Part shown: positions 28,331 to 38,904 of the stretch, piece by piece
How positions within the stretch are numbered: the stretch's first letter is position 1
Layout: every line of letters begins with the position of its first letter
Assembly: GCA_965644315.1 (NCBI GenBank)
Contig: CBFFRQ010000032.1
Span: 558,001-622,000 of the forward strand
Source of the DNA: Caecitellus pseudoparvulus
Taxonomy: Eukaryota > Protista > Bigyra: Bicosoecida
Reading direction: 5' to 3'
DNA length: 64,000 nucleotides
Notes under the pieces: model-generated
What the model saw: the letters and a program-made list of their open reading frames with translations, nothing else
Databases searched by the model: none
What the model was told of the DNA's origin: nothing
Program-made: the position numbers and the translations under genes

Positions 28331-31177
28331 ATGGCAGCGGACGACGCTCAAGGCAAAGCTGGTGCTGCACTGTGGGGGCACCTGCATGCTCTGCGAGCTG
28401 CACAGCCCCCTGCTCCGACATCTGTGCAGCCGTGGAGGAGTGGTGAAGAAGCTGGTGTGCTGGTGAGGAGCAGCTTCCCTGACGTTCGTGCAGGCAGTCG
28501 GTGCTCCCAAGTGCAGTGGTGGGGAGCGACGGAGGACTCGTACAGCACGTCACCCGCCCTTCCTGCCACACCCGGCGTGATATCCTCCACGATCAGTCCC
28601 TCCGGAAGGTTCATCGTGGTCTTCCGTAAAGTCGGGGAGGGCAGCAAGGCCAGCCAGGTGGCAGAAGTGCGCAGCCGGGAAGGTGTGATTCTCACCACGA
28701 CACCACTTGACAAGGCCCATGGCGAGGTACGGACGGGGTCAGACTTTGGAGGTGTTGCGTGGCTGCCTGACGAGACGGCAGTGGTGTACTGTGCCGAAGC
28801 CAAGGAGCCTGACAAGCCAGCCTTCTGGGATGCTTGGCACACTGAGCGGGCCACGCCAACCAAGCCAAAAGACAGCGCAGAAGCCGATGATATGACTCCT
28901 TCGACGCCACCTGCTGCAAAGAGTCAAGTGGGTGAGGCGTTCCGATACGCTGAGGACTGGGGTGAGCAAATGGTGGGCACGGCGCGCCCCCTGCTTCACC
29001 TGCTGCAGCCATGGAGCGGCCGCAGCCCCACGCCGATCCCCGTGCCAGAGGCACTGCAGCAGCGCCTTGCTTGGGGGGATCCAGTGGTGACTCCTGACGG
29101 CAAGTGGGTTTTTGCGGTGGCCACAGCCACCCTGCCTCGGCGTCTGGGTCGCATCTACTGCCTGCAGCGCCCGCAAGGCGTCTTCGCCATCTCAGTGGCC
29201 GAGTGGGTGAGCAGCCTGGAGGCATCAAATCCGTCAGCAGGCAGCGCACCCTCTGGCGAGGCTGCCGATGCAGTGGTGTGTGACGTCACCTTGGTGTCGG
29301 CTCAGGAGGCGCAGGCGCGCTCCCCACGCCTGTCCCCAGATGGCTCCACCTTGGTGTTCCTGGGCCGTGGCAGTGCCCCAGAAGATGCCAATGTGCTGAG
29401 AACACACAACGGAAGTTTTGCCCTGCGTTGCTTTGACGTCGCTGCCTGGACTGCACAAGGGCACCCCAGCGCCGAAGTCTCAAACAGCGCACCTGCCCCC
29501 GCTGCAGACACTGCACCCCTGCACGATGTCGTGTACAAGGCTGGGCTCTTACCCGCACAAAAGCAAGTGCCCCATGCCCTGCTCAGCACCCTCCTCCCCT
29601 ATATCGGCGACCAATGCCCCAACCTGCCATCTGAGTTGCAGGGTCAGCTGCCTGGTGATTTCCCCGGCTTGTACACTCTGGCGTTGCCCAGGCACCCCTG
29701 GAGCCCTGATGGCTCGACCCTCTTCCTGAGCACAGCATGGGCCTCCCGCATTGTGACTCTGTGGCTGCACCTGCAGGGTTCATCCCCGGCTGCGCGTGTG
29801 TCCGGCATCATGACTTCCCTGCAAGCTGTTGGACCGGATGGTGCTGCACCTCCCTCCCCGCGCGAGGTTCTGGCTGCTGCACTGGCGGGTGCCGAGGAAA
29901 GTGGCCAAGTTTCTCCTACGTCCGCAGCCCATTGGGAGTACGTCAGCGTCGTAGCCAAAGCTTGGGGGCCTCTCGGTCCGCTGGTGGCCGTCGGATGCCC
30001 CATCGCACATGAGTACTTGGCCACAGCCAATGTGGACTGGGAAGGCGGGCGAGTTACCTTGCAGCCACATGCGCAGCCCTGTGTTGCGCATGCCCAGGCT
30101 CTCGCAACTGCAAACAAGCTCGCGCCACCTTCGCCGGCACAAGCCAGTGGCACGCCCACATCATTTTCAGCTGCAAAGTGGCTCGCCAGCTGCACTTGGC
30201 GCGTGCTGCGCATCACGCCATCCCAGCTTCCGGATGTCTCTCACATTGAAGCGGTGTTGGTCCTTCCCCGCAGCTCCTCCCCCCTGCCCCTCATCGTCGT
30301 ACCTCACGGCGGACCGCACGGAGTGTACCCCACCCTCGCCTTCGAGTCAGTCGCCTTCTGGAGTGCCACAGGGCACGCCGTGCTCATGGTCAACTACAGA
30401 GGCAGCACTGGATTCGGTGATGTTGCCCTGAACACGCTCCCAGGCCGCTGCGGCTCCCTGGACATCTCTGACACCGTCGACGCCACCAGGGCCGCTCTTG
30501 CCTTGCCCACCCCGTGGGAAACACCCGCCCGGCAAGGTGAGTGGTTTGACCAAGCAGGAGCAGTCATCACTTGCGCAGCCCCGCCTTCTTCTGCCGTGCC
30601 TGAGGCGTGGATGACGCAGGCGCCGGGGTCAGCTGATGCCGCCCCGGCCGACCACTGGCTGGACCCTTCCCGTGTGTCCGTGATCGGTGGAAGCCATGGT
30701 GGGTTCATCGGCGGGCACCTGGTGGGCCAGCACCCCACCTTCTTCAAAGCAGCAGTGCTGCGGAACCCTGTCACCGACGTATCCCAAATGGTGGGTGTCA
30801 CAGACATTCCCGACTGGTGCTGGGTGGAGGCTGCAGGGGTGGCGGGAGAATCCCCGCACGCATACGACTTCACGGCGTTTAAGCCTCCACCGCCCGATCT
30901 CCTTGCTGCCATGCAGGCATGCAGCCCCATCGCCCATGTGCAGAAGGTCAAGGCTGCCGTGCTGCTTACCATCGGCGGCAAAGACAGGCGTGTGCCACCG
31001 TCGCAGGGCACGATGTACTACCACGCCTTGAAAGCGCAAGGTTCTCGTACTGCCATGCTGTGGTATCCAGACGATGTGCACTCCCTGGCCAAGCCTATCA
31101 CGGAGGCAGACGCCCTCATCCACATGGTCCTTTGGCTGCGCCAGCATGATGCTGGCCCGGCTGCCCCCGCACCATGA
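28331..31177 (+). CDS. APEH: Acylamino-acid-releasing enzyme (peptidase S9C)
   Basis: EDWGEQ, PRRLGRIYCLQRP, PHGGPH, VNYRGSTGFG, catalytic GGSHGG, RNPV...TDIPDWC, GGKDRRVP and DVHSL triad residues. Confidence 0.92.
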   Translation: MAADDAQGKAGAALWGHLHALRAAQPPAPTSVQPWRSGEEAGVLVRSSFPDVRAGSRCSQVQWWGATEDSYSTSPALPATPGVISSTISPSGRFIVVFRKVGEGSKASQVAEVRSREGVILTTTPLDKAHGEVRTGSDFGGVAWLPDETAVVYCAEAKEPDKPAFWDAWHTERATPTKPKDSAEADDMTPSTPPAAKSQVGEAFRYAEDWGEQMVGTARPLLHLLQPWSGRSPTPIPVPEALQQRLAWGDPVVTPDGKWVFAVATATLPRRLGRIYCLQRPQGVFAISVAEWVSSLEASNPSAGSAPSGEAADAVVCDVTLVSAQEAQARSPRLSPDGSTLVFLGRGSAPEDANVLRTHNGSFALRCFDVAAWTAQGHPSAEVSNSAPAPAADTAPLHDVVYKAGLLPAQKQVPHALLSTLLPYIGDQCPNLPSELQGQLPGDFPGLYTLALPRHPWSPDGSTLFLSTAWASRIVTLWLHLQGSSPAARVSGIMTSLQAVGPDGAAPPSPREVLAAALAGAEESGQVSPTSAAHWEYVSVVAKAWGPLGPLVAVGCPIAHEYLATANVDWEGGRVTLQPHAQPCVAHAQALATANKLAPPSPAQASGTPTSFSAAKWLASCTWRVLRITPSQLPDVSHIEAVLVLPRSSSPLPLIVVPHGGPHGVYPTLAFESVAFWSATGHAVLMVNYRGSTGFGDVALNTLPGRCGSLDISDTVDATRAALALPTPWETPARQGEWFDQAGAVITCAAPPSSAVPEAWMTQAPGSADAAPADHWLDPSRVSVIGGSHGGFIGGHLVGQHPTFFKAAVLRNPVTDVSQMVGVTDIPDWCWVEAAGVAGESPHAYDFTAFKPPPPDLLAAMQACSPIAHVQKVKAAVLLTIGGKDRRVPPSQGTMYYHALKAQGSRTAMLWYPDDVHSLAKPITEADALIHMVLWLRQHDAGPAAPAP

Positions 31178-31347
31178 GGCAGCCAAATTCAAGATGCAGC
31201 GTCCATGGATGAAGATTTGCAATGCACATTGCTGCCTTGTGCCTTTGCTGCCGTGTGCAACTCTCTCCCTTGCTGCAGCTTCCCGGCGTGGTGCTGCCGT
31301 TTCAAGTCTGGCGTTTCACTCGATCAGCTGCCCTTCCAGGACGCGCC

Positions 31348-33122
31348 ATGGATCACGAATTCCAGCAAGTGTTCGAGCAGTTCATGGATGCAATCAAGCA
31401 TGCTGATTACTCGACCAGGGAGGCTGTGCTTGGCCTCCTTCGAATCCGGCTCACCACTCTCCTGGCAGCTGTGACCACCCAGGCTGGAGCTCAGGTGCAA
31501 GCGCAGTCCCCTCCCTCTGCAGAGTCAGCACAGGGCCCCGTGTCGCCTGTGGCTCCTGAAGGCAAACAGTCGGCGTGGCATGGCTCACTGTCAGACGTGA
31601 GATGTTTGCCCTGTCCCGGTTGTCACGCAGTCGCCGACGCACGGAAGCCGTCGCCTTGAACCGCAGGTGGAGATCGCCCTCTTCGACCGCATGCATGCCC
31701 ACGGCGATGCAAGGCAGATCTTCATCGAATTTGACCAGGTGGGCGCTGGGACTCTATCCCCTGGGGAGTTCCTCGCTGCCTCCAATGCCGTGAGTCCCGC
31801 CACACACCTGACACCGCGCACACACGCCACCTAGTATCTACCCTCCGTATTGAATACCGCCCCTGCAGTTGGGCGTGTACCTGTACCCAGAGGAGTTGGC
31901 CAGCATCGTTGGCAAGTATGACTTGGATGAGGACGGCCGTCTGGACTACGACGAATTCGTCAAGGCGGCTTCGCTGGCGCGGGGACACTGGTCCTCCACA
32001 TCTCGCGTGGCCGCGGCCCTGGCTGGGCGCCCACCCCCCTTGAAGCCCACCGACATCCCCATCGAGCCCAGCCCTGCAGAGGCACTGCATGACACGCTGG
32101 AAGCCATTCGGAGCAAGGTGTCCCAACACCACGCTTCCAGCCATCAGGCTTTCCTGGCTCTGAACCGCAAAGGCGACGCACACCTTTCCCTGTCAGAGCT
32201 GCGGACTGGCTTGGCTCGCTGGGGCTTGCCTGTGGCTGAAAAGGACCTGCGCATGCTGACCCGTGCCTACATGCAGGACAAGCGCAAACGCTTCCTGACT
32301 GCGCCTGACTTTGCCGCCTTCCTGGAGGGCAGCAGCAGAGGACGGGCACGGCCCATCGCAACACAGCAGAAGCTGCTGGTGCCTGCTGGCAGCTCCCAAG
32401 CCAGCGCGGTGAGCAAGGTGGTGGAGGTGGTGCGGCGCTGCGGCCAGCGGGCCAGTGCCGTCTTCCACGCGCTGGATGCCAATCGCGATGGCAGCATCAC
32501 ACCTGCCGAGTTCCGCCGTGGCCTGCTGGCCATGGGATACAGCATTGACCTGTGCACTGCCCAACAGGTGGTGAAGCAGTTCGACGTCGGGAAGGACGGG
32601 CGGCTGCAGTACCGTGAGCTGCTCAAGCTGCTGGCACACAACAAGCGCAGCGGCGCTGCACGCAGCCCCAGCCCTGCCAGCGGCCCCTTTGCCACGTCAC
32701 ATCGTGTGCGCAGCCGTGCAGCTGCAGCCCGGGCCACACGGCGTGCGGGGCTGTCCGGCACTGCCGCCCGGCAAGCCATTGCACAGCCACCCCCCGTGGC
32801 ATCCGTTCCCCCCGCCTTCGCCAGCGCTCCTCCCCCCACCGCCCCAATGCCCAGCGCAGCGCCCACTGCAGCTTTGCTGAAAGAGATCAGCGACGCCGTG
32901 TACGGCAGCAGCTTGGGTCCTGGTAAGCTGTACAAGTCGATGAAGCGGCACGGCCAGCTAGGGGTGCACGCTGCCGACCTCGTGTACGGCCTGCGCAAGG
33001 TGGGCGTGCAGGCACCACTCGGACAGGTGCAAGGCTTGGTTGAGGCTTTCGATGAGGACAAAGACGGCCAGTTATCCCTGCCTGAATGGCTTCACCTGCT
33101 GTCCGCTGCAGGATCCGCTTGA
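31348..33122 (+). CDS. Multi-EF-hand calcium-binding protein; introns 31597-31666 and 31790-31868
   Basis: DLDEDGRLDYDEF, DANRDGSITPAEF, DVGKDGRLQYREL, DEDKDGQLSLPEW; the upstream exons splice in frame. Confidence 0.85.
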
Positions 33123-33362
33123 GCCAGGCTGTGTTTGCTGCAATGCACCCCCTCAGCACCACCGCAGCAGAGACTTTGGGCAGCCCGACCCACTTCCCAG
33201 TTGTCTCGCAGCATTTCCGGCTTGTTCGGCTGCAGTGTGCCATTGCGCCACGCCCAGCCACGCAACACGGCTGGCGCCGCGTCTTGCAGCACTTCCATTT
33301 CCGCAGCCTGCAGTCCAGGGCGACGGTGGACTGGACAACCAAGCCCCCAGTCGCCGCTAGCC

Positions 33363-36003
33363 ATGGCAAGTGAGGGAGGTGTTGACGCTGTTGATGCCAG
33401 TGCTCCTGTGGAGAAACCCCAAGCGGTGCAAGATGCAGAGGGGTTCGTTGCCGAGGACCCGTTTGACACTGTGGCGTGGAGCACCATCATGAACCACGCC
33501 AAGAGTCTGCCGGCTGGGCAAGCGCGGGACGTCTTTCAAGAGTTCCTGCGCATTTTCCCCACTTCCGTAGGTTCTGCTGCACCTTCCCTCACCATGCACT
33601 CCCTTGCCACGTCCTTCCCTCCGCTACCCTCCACAGGCCGCCCACTGGCAAGCGTTCGCCCGCAAGGAGATGGACGAGGGCAACTTGCAAGAAGCTGAGG
33701 CCATCCTGGCGCACGCGCTGCCGCGCATCCCTGATGTGTCTCTGTGGTCCTTTTACATTGACTACGTGCGGCAGACCCGCCTTGAGCCTGCGCTGGCGGC
33801 TGCGCAGGCCTCAACATCCAACCACGACTCTGCGGCCAAGCGCACCACGAAGGAGGTCATGGAGGCCCGCGAGGAGGTGACAGCAGCATACGACTTTGCC
33901 GTTCAACGCCTGGGCATGTGCCGTGGCGCCGAGCCGCTGTGGGAGGGCTACCTGCAGCACCTGGCCGCTGCGCCAGGGGAGGACGACCACCAAATCGCCA
34001 TGAACGCCGTGGCTCTGCGCAAAGTGTACCGCCAGGCAGTCATCTCGCCCCTTTCCAATGGCACGGAGTTGTGGACGCGGTATCGGCAGTGGGAGGAAGA
34101 ACAGGGCCCCTCAGCTGCCTCGGCAAGCGAGCTAGCCGCCCTCGACGCGCCCCGAGGCAATGCCCAGGTGGTCGCAGGCAGGCGCGAGGAGCTGTGGAGC
34201 GGCATCGTGCCGTCCACGCTGGCTCGGCCGCCGCCGGAGGCCCGACAAGGCCCCACCCCGCCCAGCGCTGCCCAGGCGGGCGAGCACCTGCGCAAGCAGC
34301 TGGTGAAGTGGCAGGCTCTGCTACTGTACGAGCTGAGCAACCCCCTGCACCTGCCGGCGGAGGCTTTCCACGCCCAAGCTCGCCTGACCTTTGAGCAGGC
34401 TCTCCTGTGCATGTCTGGCTTTCCCGACCTGTGGCAGCAGTACGCCATGCTGGAGGCCAGCCACGGCGAGCCGGCAGCTGCGATGGCGGTGTACCACCGG
34501 GGCATCGCTGCCAACCCCAACTGCAGCACCCTGACCTTCGCTGCAGCCGACTACATGGAGTCGGTGGGAGAGGGCCGTGCAGCGGTGGAGGTCCTGGAAG
34601 CACTGGTGGAGCGCAGTCCAGGCACTCTCGCCTACATCCTACTCATGCGCTCCACGCGCCGTGTGCTGGGCATGCGAGCGGCGCGGGCGGTGTTTGCCAC
34701 GGCACGTGGGGGAGAGTGCGCCACGCCTGAGCTGTTCTTGGCTGCAGCAGCGCTGGAGCGAGATGCCAACGGCGATGCCGAGTCCGCTGCGCGTGTGCTC
34801 AAGGCGGCCCACCGCAAGTTCCAGACCGACGCAGACTTCGCTGTGGCATACGTGGACATGATGGTGGGCATGGCTGACGACAGCAACGTGCGAGCCCTGT
34901 TCGAAAACATCTTGAACATCCTTCCCCATGACGTTGCCCGCCCAGTGTGGGACAGGTACGTCGCCTTCGAGCTGCGTCGGTGCCGAGCTGGAGGCAGTGT
35001 GGCCACCCTTGCCCGGGTGGAGCGCCGTCGGGCAGAGATGTACCCTGCCGACAAAGCAGCCTTCCCCAACCCTCTCCTTGCGCTCATGCACCGTTACCAG
35101 CACTTTGGCCTGCAGCCTGACTGCCCGGGCGACGTGGAGCTCACCAAGCGCCACCCCTTCACACCCTACCTCACCCACACCAAGCATGACACCCTCGTCC
35201 CGTCAGACAAGCGCCAGGCACAGTACACGGCAAGTAAGACGGCCTCAACCCTCCCTGCCATCCCCGGCTTCAGCATCGTGGACACTGCTGCCGCTCCTGG
35301 GTCCGGCGGGGTTCTGCGTGGCAATGGCGCCACCGCCACCCCCGCTGTGCCAGCCGGAAGCCCCGACTGGGTGGTGGACTTGCTGGAAGTGCTGCCACAG
35401 CCCAAGCCCGCGCACACGACAGCGGATGAAGAAGTGGAGTGCATCATGCGCGCCTTGCTCACGGCACCCCTGCCAGAGAAACCTCCAGTGGCACACCGCG
35501 TGTTGAAGCCTGCTCGGCCAAGCCACTCGACGCCCGCCATACCCATGGCCATGCCACCAGGGGCATTCCCTCGAGGGGCGCCACCCCCTCCCATGGGCAT
35601 GGCGCCCCCTATGCATGGCCAGCCCAGGCAAGGCCAGTGGGGTCCTGGGCACATGCAGCCCCCACCTCAGCACCACCAGCGCCCGCCACAGGGTCCAGGG
35701 CAGCCCTTCCACCAGCGGGGGCCCCCTGGACCTGGGTACGGGCAGCCACCCCATGGGCGAGCGCCTATGCCGCCCCAGCACCAGCACCAGCACCATCCAC
35801 AAGGGGGGCACCGACAGCCCCCCTCTCAGGGCTTCCCCCCCCCGCGTGGCATGCCTGGCGGCTTGGTCATCCAGGACACAGCTGCCCAAGGTCCGCCAGC
35901 CATGGGGGGGCAGCGCCGCCAACGGCCCCCTGGCCACCACCCGCCCTCCCATCAGATGCCTCCCTCGAAGCACGCCCGCGGCGGGGGGTACCAGCGCAGG
36001 TAG
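33363..36003 (+). CDS. CSTF3: Cleavage stimulation factor 77 kDa / Rna14 (HAT repeats) with Pro/Gln/His-rich tail; intron 33567-33636
   Basis: DPFDTVAW...FLRIFPTS|AAHW, SLWSFYIDYVR, YELSNPLHL, LAYILLMRSTRR...AARAVF, DSNVRALFE, WDRYVAFE. Confidence 0.88.
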
Positions 36004-36023
36004 AGTGGGCGGTGACAGTCGCT

Positions 36024-36033
36024 CAATGCATTG
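36024..36033. terminator. Candidate bidirectional 3'-end/poly(A) signal CAATGCATTG between convergent CstF-77 and Myb genes
   Basis: 10-bp palindrome in a 36-bp intergenic gap; AATGCA recurs just after many other stop codons in the window. Confidence 0.5.
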
Positions 36034-36039
36034 CCTCGC

Positions 36040-38566
36040 TCACAACGCCCGCCCTCGCTTAGCATCGCTCAGGGAAGGCGGCGCCAGGGCACGCTTGTGC
36101 CCGCCGGTGCGAGGCGGAGAGCCTGCTTCCTCCTCGGAGCTGTACACCAGCACACGCCCCGTGCTAGGGCTCTCGTCGCCTCCCGTCAAACCCAGCCGCG
36201 TCACAGCCGGCCGCACGCGCTGCTGCCGCAAGGACGGCTTCACGCCCCCTGCACGGCCCGCCTTCGTGGTGCTGCTGCGCTGTGCAACCAATGCAGCGGC
36301 TGTGTTGGGAGTGACAACGGAGAGAGGAGTCATGACGCCACCGCCGACAGACCCAGGGGAGGGGGCCATGCCTGGCCCCGGCCCTGGAGCAGGGGGCGGC
36401 GGCACTGAAGCGGAGGAAGTCCGCGGCGGCCTCAAACCGCCTCGTGAGGATGCCCTGGGGAGCCGACCCCCTCCTCGGGCGGTGGGACCGGCGGGTGGAA
36501 GGGGTGGCGCGGGGGCCTGCCCCGCAGCCAGGGGCCCCCTGCGAGCTGCCCTGCGCATGGCAATGCCTACACCTGCCTCGCCTGAGGAAGCCACCGCTGG
36601 GGCCAATGGCAGTGGCGCCATGGCGGCGGGCGTATCCCCCAGAGTCAAAGGGACACCGTCCCCTCGGCTGGGCGCCCTCTCGGCAGTCCCGCGCTCCACT
36701 GTCCCTCGCCCTGAGGCACCGTGGGAAATGCCCACCTTGGGTGTGTGTGGCGAAAATATTCCGTGCTGTGCAGAGGCGCTCATCGGGGCTGCTGTGGACC
36801 TGTGCGTGGACCCCGGGGCTGCTGGAGCTGTGCTGCCCTCCATCACCACCTCATCAAACACTCTCCCCAGCGCCACCTCACACCCCCGACCTTGCATGTC
36901 TGGGTGCAGACTGGCAAGGTATGCAGCGCTTTGAGCCGTGGCATCGTCTGAGAAGGCCGTGGACGCGCTGTCGCCGCTGGCAGGCGGGCGCTGAGCATGC
37001 CCTGCGCCGCTGCGCCGAGCATTAGGTGGCGTGGCCGCCTCTGACCCAGACGGCGGTGGCCTGGAAGCGGTGGGCTTCTCCACAACGCCTCCACTGGCGT
37101 CAGGCACAGCCCGAAGGCCAGTGGGCGCGGGGTCGTGGTCTGACCCGTTGCTGGCGGCAGACATGGACTGGGCACGGGTGAGGGCGAAGGGGACCAAGGG
37201 TGCACCGCGCGACTTGTTAGAGGCAGGAGGGGGGCCTTGATCAAACGTCCCACGGGAAGGGGCTGTCGTGTGGCCCTTGCTGCGAGAGGAAGGCAGTGCT
37301 GCTGCTTGAGCTGCGGCCAGCGCTGTGGACTGCCCGGCGGGTCGGCTGGCCATCATTGCCATGATTTGGGCAGCTTGCAGGTGGGGAGGGGAGATCAGTG
37401 ACAGTGCGGCTGCACGGGCCTGCGCAGCTGCCATCTGGTTCGCCGTGCCAGGCGGGGATCCAAACGCTGCTATGGCGGCACTGGCACCTGGCTGCCCCAA
37501 CGCCCCAGGCCAAAAGCCCTGAACGGTGCGGGGGGCGCCTGAGTTGGCAGCTGCTGCTGCCGCAGCAGCGGCAGAGATGGCCTGTGACGCTGACACCTTG
37601 GAGGTTCCTTGAGGCCGAGGGGCAGCCTTGGGCCCCCGCTTGCCCTTGCCCCCCTGAGTGTTCACAGACGCGGAGTTCGGGGCGGGGGATGCCGGGGAGG
37701 AGTCAGGGCTGCCTGATCGGGAGCTGCTGAAATGGCGCGTGGTGGCCTTGTGCCCTGCTGGCCGAGTCTTGAGCTTGTTTATCTCGGGGCCCAGCAAGCC
37801 TTGCTCCTTCATGCGCTGCAAGCAGGCCTTGCCGACGTCTGCGTCCGCGGTATCCGCCGCAATGATGCCTTCCGACAGCAGGGCCGGTTTAAGGCTGTCC
37901 ATGACACGCTTCAGCGTGGAATTGTACCTGTTCTTCACCATGTTGTCTGTGCGGCCTTCCAGTGCTGTAGCGATCGCGGCCCACTTGCTGCCGACAGTGA
38001 ACTTCATGGACAAGATCTGCTCGTCCTCCTCAGCCGTGAAGGGGCCCTTGTTCAAGTCGGGGTCCAAGTGATTGAACCAGCGCTCACGACACTGCTTACC
38101 CAGGCGGCGCCCCAGTTCCTGTGCATCCGAGCTCAAGTGTGTGCCGAGGGGCTGCGGGCGAGAGGACGCCTGAGCTGCGGAAGGCGCACGCGAGGGCCAG
38201 ACCCACCTTCGCGATGCGAGACCAGGACTTGGTGCCATACTTGCCGACAAGCTCCACGACTTTGGCATCCTCCTGGGGGGAGAAGCTTTGTGTTGTGCTG
38301 CATCTGCGTACTCTCGGCGCTGCAGCGCTCCCAACGCACGTTTGGGGTCCATGAGCCCTTGACAAAGTTCGACGGAGCGGAACTACCGCCTCCACTGGAG
38401 CCGTGAAACACCCGCGTTGGAGCGGCCTGCTAAGGACAGGGAGTGGAGAGGAGAGTGAACACACGGCAAAGTGATCCACACTTGCCTCACGCGCGTGGCT
38501 GGCACGCACATTGGACGATGTGGCACTGCTGGAAGTTGCCCGCTTTGAACGCCCTCGGCCAGACAT
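36040..38566 (-). CDS. Two-repeat (R2R3-type) Myb transcription factor; introns about 38430-38509, 38273-38339, 38119-38206
   Basis: Spliced: VKGSWTPNEDAKVVELVGKYGTKSWSRIAKELGRRLGKQCRERWFNHLDPDLNKGPFTAEED...GSKWAAIA...GRTDNMVKNRYNSTLK. Confidence 0.92.
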
Positions 38567-38904
38567 GTTTGAACCAGCACCGCCTTCAGACTTCGCCCAA
38601 AGTCAGACGCAGCCGACTGCGAGCGGTTGACCGGGTCAACAAGCTTCAAGCTCCACTACACTGTGTAGTTGTGAGCTACCTGCTTTGCAGGCAGAGAAAG
38701 GAAGCCGAGGCTGGCCTCACAAGTTTCCCGCTCGAGCGCTGCCGTTGAAGGTGCAGTGCAGCACACCGGCCTGCATCAACACAGGTCTGGTCAACGTAGC
38801 AAGTGGATCGAGCGCATGTACTGGTTGTGGATTTTATGAAAATTTTCAAACTGAGCTTGGGAGAATCGCGCTGCTGCACTCAGAGACCCCCGGGATAAAC
38901 CATT